This document shows positions 60,599 to 64,000 of a DNA stretch of 64,000 nucleotides, piece after piece (positions within the stretch are counted from its first letter, which is position 1; every line of letters begins with the position of its first letter). This stretch comes from Candidatus Marinacidobacterales bacterium. Lineage in GTDB: Bacteria; Acidobacteriota; Vicinamibacteria; Marinacidobacterales; SMYC01. Both the position numbers and the translations under genes were made by a program. The stretch spans positions 352,001 through 416,000 of the forward strand of contig CBDCYI010000005.1 of NCBI GenBank assembly GCA_965224085.1, written 5' to 3'. Below the pieces are notes generated by a model that was not told the DNA's origin, did not search any database, and saw nothing but the letters and a program-made list of their open reading frames with translations.

Positions 60599-61615
60599 GT
60601 GTCGAAACGCTTCACCCCAAGAATCCCGTCTCATGCGGTCACGCCCGAATCGGTCTTTCTTAGTCGGTTCGATCGGCGCCGCTTCATGACGGCCCTCGGA
60701 ATCGGACTCGCAACGGGCCCAAGTCTTTTCGCGGGCGAAAGCGAAGCCGAACTGCTCACACCGCCTTACGAGAACACGGATGTCTTCCCGGCGCCTCGTG
60801 ACGCTTCGTTCAAAGTACCCGAGGCGATCGAGCGCAAGGCGCTCACGGCCCGCGAAGTCGCCGCGTCGCACAACAATTTCTACGAGTTTCTACCCGGACG
60901 CGGCGGCCCCGTATGGCAGCACACGGCGGATTACGAAGTCGTGCCATGGAAGATCGAAGTGAAGGGTGAGTGCGCGAAGCCAGCGACCTTCGACCTCGAC
61001 GACCTTCTCGCTTTCGATCAGGAGGAGCGGATTTACCACTTCCGCTGCGTCGAGCGCTGGGCGATGAACGTTCCCTGGACGGGGTTTCCTCTCTCGAAGC
61101 TCCTGGCCAAAGTAGAGCCCAAAGACTCCGCCAAATATGTGAGCTTCGAGAGCGCGCTCAAACGGAACCAGATGCCCGGCGTCCGCGAAGCGGACTACTA
61201 TCCTTGGCCCTATCACGAGGGGCTCCAGATGGAAGAAGCGATGAACGCGCTCGCCATGGTGGTCACCGGCGTCTACGGGAAGCCTTTGCTCAAGCAGCAC
61301 GGCGCTCCTATCCGCATCACCGTCCCGTGGAAATACGGCTACAAGAACCCGAAAGCCATCGTAAAGATCGAACTCACGTCGAAGGAACCGCGCACGTTCT
61401 GGCAAATCCAGAAGCACGAATACGGCTTTATCTCGAACGTGAATCCCTATATCCCGCATCCGCGCTGGAGCCAGGCCACCTCACACTGGCTCGACAACCG
61501 GGAGCCCTTCCCGACGCCGATTTTCAACGGCTACGAGAGCTACGTCGCCGAGCTCTACCCGGATGAGCCGCGAACGCTTCATGAGCCGTTGAAACCGGGG
61601 CAGACCGCGAGATAA
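60599..61615 (+). CDS. msrP: Protein-methionine-sulfoxide reductase catalytic subunit
   Basis: Tat DRRRFM, NNFYEF, YHFRCVERWAM, WPYHEGL, PWKYGYK, NVNP..PHPRWSQ. Confidence 0.93.
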   Translation: MSKRFTPRIPSHAVTPESVFLSRFDRRRFMTALGIGLATGPSLFAGESEAELLTPPYENTDVFPAPRDASFKVPEAIERKALTAREVAASHNNFYEFLPGRGGPVWQHTADYEVVPWKIEVKGECAKPATFDLDDLLAFDQEERIYHFRCVERWAMNVPWTGFPLSKLLAKVEPKDSAKYVSFESALKRNQMPGVREADYYPWPYHEGLQMEEAMNALAMVVTGVYGKPLLKQHGAPIRITVPWKYGYKNPKAIVKIELTSKEPRTFWQIQKHEYGFISNVNPYIPHPRWSQATSHWLDNREPFPTPIFNGYESYVAELYPDEPRTLHEPLKPGQTAR

Positions 61616-61692
61616 AAACGTCCTAGGCTGTAACCAAAGGCCTCCTCCCGGCAAACTACTCGACGAAAGCCGGATGCCGGCGTTCGGAGGAG

Positions 61693-62382
61693 ATGATGAA
61701 GCTACGACGAATGTTGGGCCTGCGCGATTTCACGTTGTTCGAGGATCTCGAGTCAGAAGAGATCACGGAGCTCGAATCACGCGGCCAGACGCGCATCGCC
61801 GAAAAAGGGCGTCTTTTGTATCTGCCGGGCGACCGTTCCGAGGCCGTCTTCTTTCTCGCCTCCGGACGCGTCAAGATCTCGAGGCTGTCCGACAACGGCA
61901 AGGAGCTCATCCTCGAGATCGTCGAGCCGGGTTCTTTTTTCGGGGAGACCGGCGTCCTCGACGAGGAGCCGCGCGAGACTGTGGCGGAAGTCCTCGAGCC
62001 GTCCACGTTTCACGCCGTGCCGGAAGCGACGTTCCGCTCGATGCTGCGACGCCGTACCAAGCTCTTGATGAAGCTCGCACAGCTGATGGGTCGACGTCAA
62101 AAGAAGCTCGAAAAACGCCTGATGGACGTCGTTTACAAAAATGCGCCGCAACGGCTCGCCGACTTACTGCTCGAGCTCAGCCAAGACTACGGCGTGCGAG
62201 ACAGCCGCGGCATTCTTCTCCGCATCAAGCTGAGCCAATCCGCACTTGGAAACCTCCTCGGCGTGAGCCGCGAGATCGTGAACCACACGTTCTCGGGCCT
62301 GAGGCGCCGGGGCGTCATCATCGTGGCGGAAGGCCGCGTCATCATTCAAGACCCGGATGCCCTCGCCGCACTGGCCGCTTGA
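61693..62382 (+). CDS. Crp/Fnr family transcriptional regulator
   Basis: SGRVKI, FFGE, C-terminal HTH LGVSREIVN. No Cys cluster. Confidence 0.92.
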   Translation: MMKLRRMLGLRDFTLFEDLESEEITELESRGQTRIAEKGRLLYLPGDRSEAVFFLASGRVKISRLSDNGKELILEIVEPGSFFGETGVLDEEPRETVAEVLEPSTFHAVPEATFRSMLRRRTKLLMKLAQLMGRRQKKLEKRLMDVVYKNAPQRLADLLLELSQDYGVRDSRGILLRIKLSQSALGNLLGVSREIVNHTFSGLRRRGVIIVAEGRVIIQDPDALAALAA

Positions 62383-62396
62383 GTTAGAATCCACCC

Positions 62397-62756
62397 GTGT
62401 TTTGGATACGGGTAGGAAGTGCACTCATGTTCTTGGCCGTAGCGCTCGGCGCCTTCGGGGCGCACGGCTTGCAAAAGCGGCTCTCCCCTGACATGCTCGC
62501 CATCTTCGAGACGGGCGTCCGCTACCACGTCTATCACGCACTCGCGCTGCTGGCGGTGGCGTGGGTTGCCGACAAGAACCCGGAAAGCTTCGCGAACGCC
62601 GCCGGCTGGGCCTTCACCCTCGGGATCGCCGTCTTTTCCGGAAGTCTCTACATTCTCAGTATCAGCGGCATACGCTGGCTCGGCGCGGTGACGCCTTTCG
62701 GCGGCGTCGCCTTGCTCGTCGGCTGGGTTTTGCTCTTTCTCGCCGCGGCTCGCTGA
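62397..62756 (+). CDS. DUF423 membrane protein
   Basis: GAFGAHGL, TGVRYHVYH, FSGSLY, GAVTPFGG. Confidence 0.9.
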   Translation: MFWIRVGSALMFLAVALGAFGAHGLQKRLSPDMLAIFETGVRYHVYHALALLAVAWVADKNPESFANAAGWAFTLGIAVFSGSLYILSISGIRWLGAVTPFGGVALLVGWVLLFLAAAR

Positions 62757-62819
62757 GCCCAGCTACGTCCCTGGCTATCGGAGCTCGATGGGCTGGCAGC
62801 TGTAGACCGCGTCCTCTTG

Positions 62820-62864
62820 TTGCCTTATGCCCAAAATGGGCATTATAATGCCCATAATGGGCAT
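62820..62864 (+). promoter_or_regulatory. Promoter with a double palindromic operator for the MNT-HEPN pair
   Basis: ATGCCCAAAATGGGCAT-TATA-ATGCCCATAATGGGCAT, TATAAT at 62844-62849, TTGCCT 18 bp upstream. Confidence 0.7.
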
Positions 62865-63516
62865 ACGAACACGCGGCCAACAGCCGCCACGCCCGCCGGC
62901 CACTCGAGAGGCTGAGCGCGGGCCCGTCGGCCTCGCGGACGCGCTTTTCACGAGCACGCAGCAACGCGTGCTCGGGCTGCTGTTCGGCCAGCCGGAGCGC
63001 AGCTTCTTCGCGACAGAGCTGATCGGGCTGACCGGCTCCGGGTCCGGCGCGGTGCAGAGAGAACTCAAGCGGCTTGCCGCAAGCGGCCTCGTGACGGTCA
63101 CGCGCGTCGGCAATCAGAAGCACTTTCAGGCCAACCACACATCTCCGGTATTCGACGAGCTTCAAAGCCTTGTCACCAAGACTGTCGGCCTCGCCGACCC
63201 AATACGCCATGCCCTTGAACCGCTGGCGGAGAAGATCGAGCTCGCACTGCTCTACGGCTCCGTTCCCAAGGGATCCGATACGGCTAACAGTGACATCGAT
63301 CTGTTGGTCGTTGCCGACGAGCTCGCGCTCGAGACGCTCTATGCGGCGCTCGCCCAGGTAGAAACGCTACTAGACCGCAAGATCAACCCAACGTTGTACA
63401 CTTCGAGGGAATTCAAGAGGCGCCGAAACGCGCGCCATCCGTTTCTGACCCAGGTTCTGAAGGGCAAACACACGGTTCTTCTCGGCGACGACCATGGCAC
63501 ATCCGCAACTCGATAG
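62857..63516 (+). CDS. HTH plus minimal nucleotidyltransferase (MNT) protein, putative antitoxin
   Basis: wHTH GAVQRELKRL and YGSVPKGSDTANSDIDLLVV (GS-x10-DxD). Confidence 0.85.
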   Translation: MGIRTRGQQPPRPPATREAERGPVGLADALFTSTQQRVLGLLFGQPERSFFATELIGLTGSGSGAVQRELKRLAASGLVTVTRVGNQKHFQANHTSPVFDELQSLVTKTVGLADPIRHALEPLAEKIELALLYGSVPKGSDTANSDIDLLVVADELALETLYAALAQVETLLDRKINPTLYTSREFKRRRNARHPFLTQVLKGKHTVLLGDDHGTSATR

Positions 63517-63922
63517 CCTCGTCCAAATCGGACAGCTCAAGGCCGAGCCCCCAGCCGAGAGCGAGAGCGCCGGACTGATACGGTCCGGCCTCGTGCGCCT
63601 GAACGACGCCGAGCGCGAAGACCTCAGCTTGGAAAGCCGTTTCGACCTCGCCTATAACGCCGCCCACGCGCTTGCCCTCGCAGCTCTGCGGAACTTGGGT
63701 TATCGGTCCGAGTCGCGGTACCTCGTTTTCCAGTGTCTCCCGCACACACTCGATCTGCCCAAAGAGCAATGGCGGGTACTCGACGAGGCGCATCGCAAAC
63801 GCAACCTGGCCGAGTACGAAGGCGATGTGGACTTAGACGAGCAGTTGGTGGCTGCCCTTGTGCGGGTTGCGCGCGAAGTCGCTAAGCGCCTTCAGACCAG
63901 TGGAGAGATTGGCACCGAATAG
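63494..63922 (+). CDS. HEPN-like protein, putative toxin partner
   Basis: Overlaps the MNT gene. RFDLAYNAAH and HRKRNLAEYEG. Confidence 0.7.
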   Translation: MAHPQLDSLVQIGQLKAEPPAESESAGLIRSGLVRLNDAEREDLSLESRFDLAYNAAHALALAALRNLGYRSESRYLVFQCLPHTLDLPKEQWRVLDEAHRKRNLAEYEGDVDLDEQLVAALVRVAREVAKRLQTSGEIGTE

Positions 63923-63969
63923 CGTTAGGTTCGGGCTCCGCTGTCAAACTATTTTCGAGGAGGTCGCGC

Positions 63970-64000
63970 ATGACGGAAAAGAGCTTTCAAGAGCTCTACC
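63970..64000 (+). CDS. Start of the next gene (MTEKSFQELY...), possibly a PaaI-type thioesterase, cut by window edge
   Basis: GAGGAGG RBS and ATG. Only 10 codons are visible. Confidence 0.35.
   Translation, partial: MTEKSFQELY

Noticed and set aside
63920-63940. Integron attC site after the MNT-HEPN pair (GTTAGGT)
   Set aside because: No matching inverse core or hairpin, and no integron integrase.

Overview
A 64-kb bacterial window of moderately high GC. Its gene families (Acidobacteria-type TonB-dependent receptor, GWxTD protein, ADOP permease relic, DUF1592/DUF1552 pair) suggest Acidobacteriota; this is an inference. 1-23.5 kb is an accessory block of exported hydrolases: three S9 peptidases, two amidohydrolases, a VPS10/BNR-repeat protein, a signal-peptide-bearing HpcH/HpaI-like protein and a TonB receptor with a sigma54-type promoter. 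It is interrupted by intact IS630 and IS1634 elements and an IS5 relic. 24-37 kb holds a GGDEF cyclase, a DPP-IV, a cytochrome c/DUF1592/DUF1552/ankyrin cluster and a probable lipoprotein rhodanese with UGA at its catalytic Cys position (predicted selenoprotein). 37-42 kb is a Ser/Thr kinase split by a 2.95-kb element carrying a tyrosine recombinase and an IS91-family transposase. 42-64 kb holds cstA, a complete Rrf2-sufBCDSUT operon with a duplicated promoter/operator, a PGI, a cyclophilin, two peptide ABC permeases, an aminotransferase running in frame into a thiolase whose catalytic-Cys segment is inverted, an RclA-like/ECF/NrsF/msrP redox cluster, a Crp regulator and an MNT-HEPN pair. I found no rRNA, tRNA or CRISPR array. 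Several small lesions (deletion, homopolymer frameshift, micro-inversion) may be assembly artefacts.
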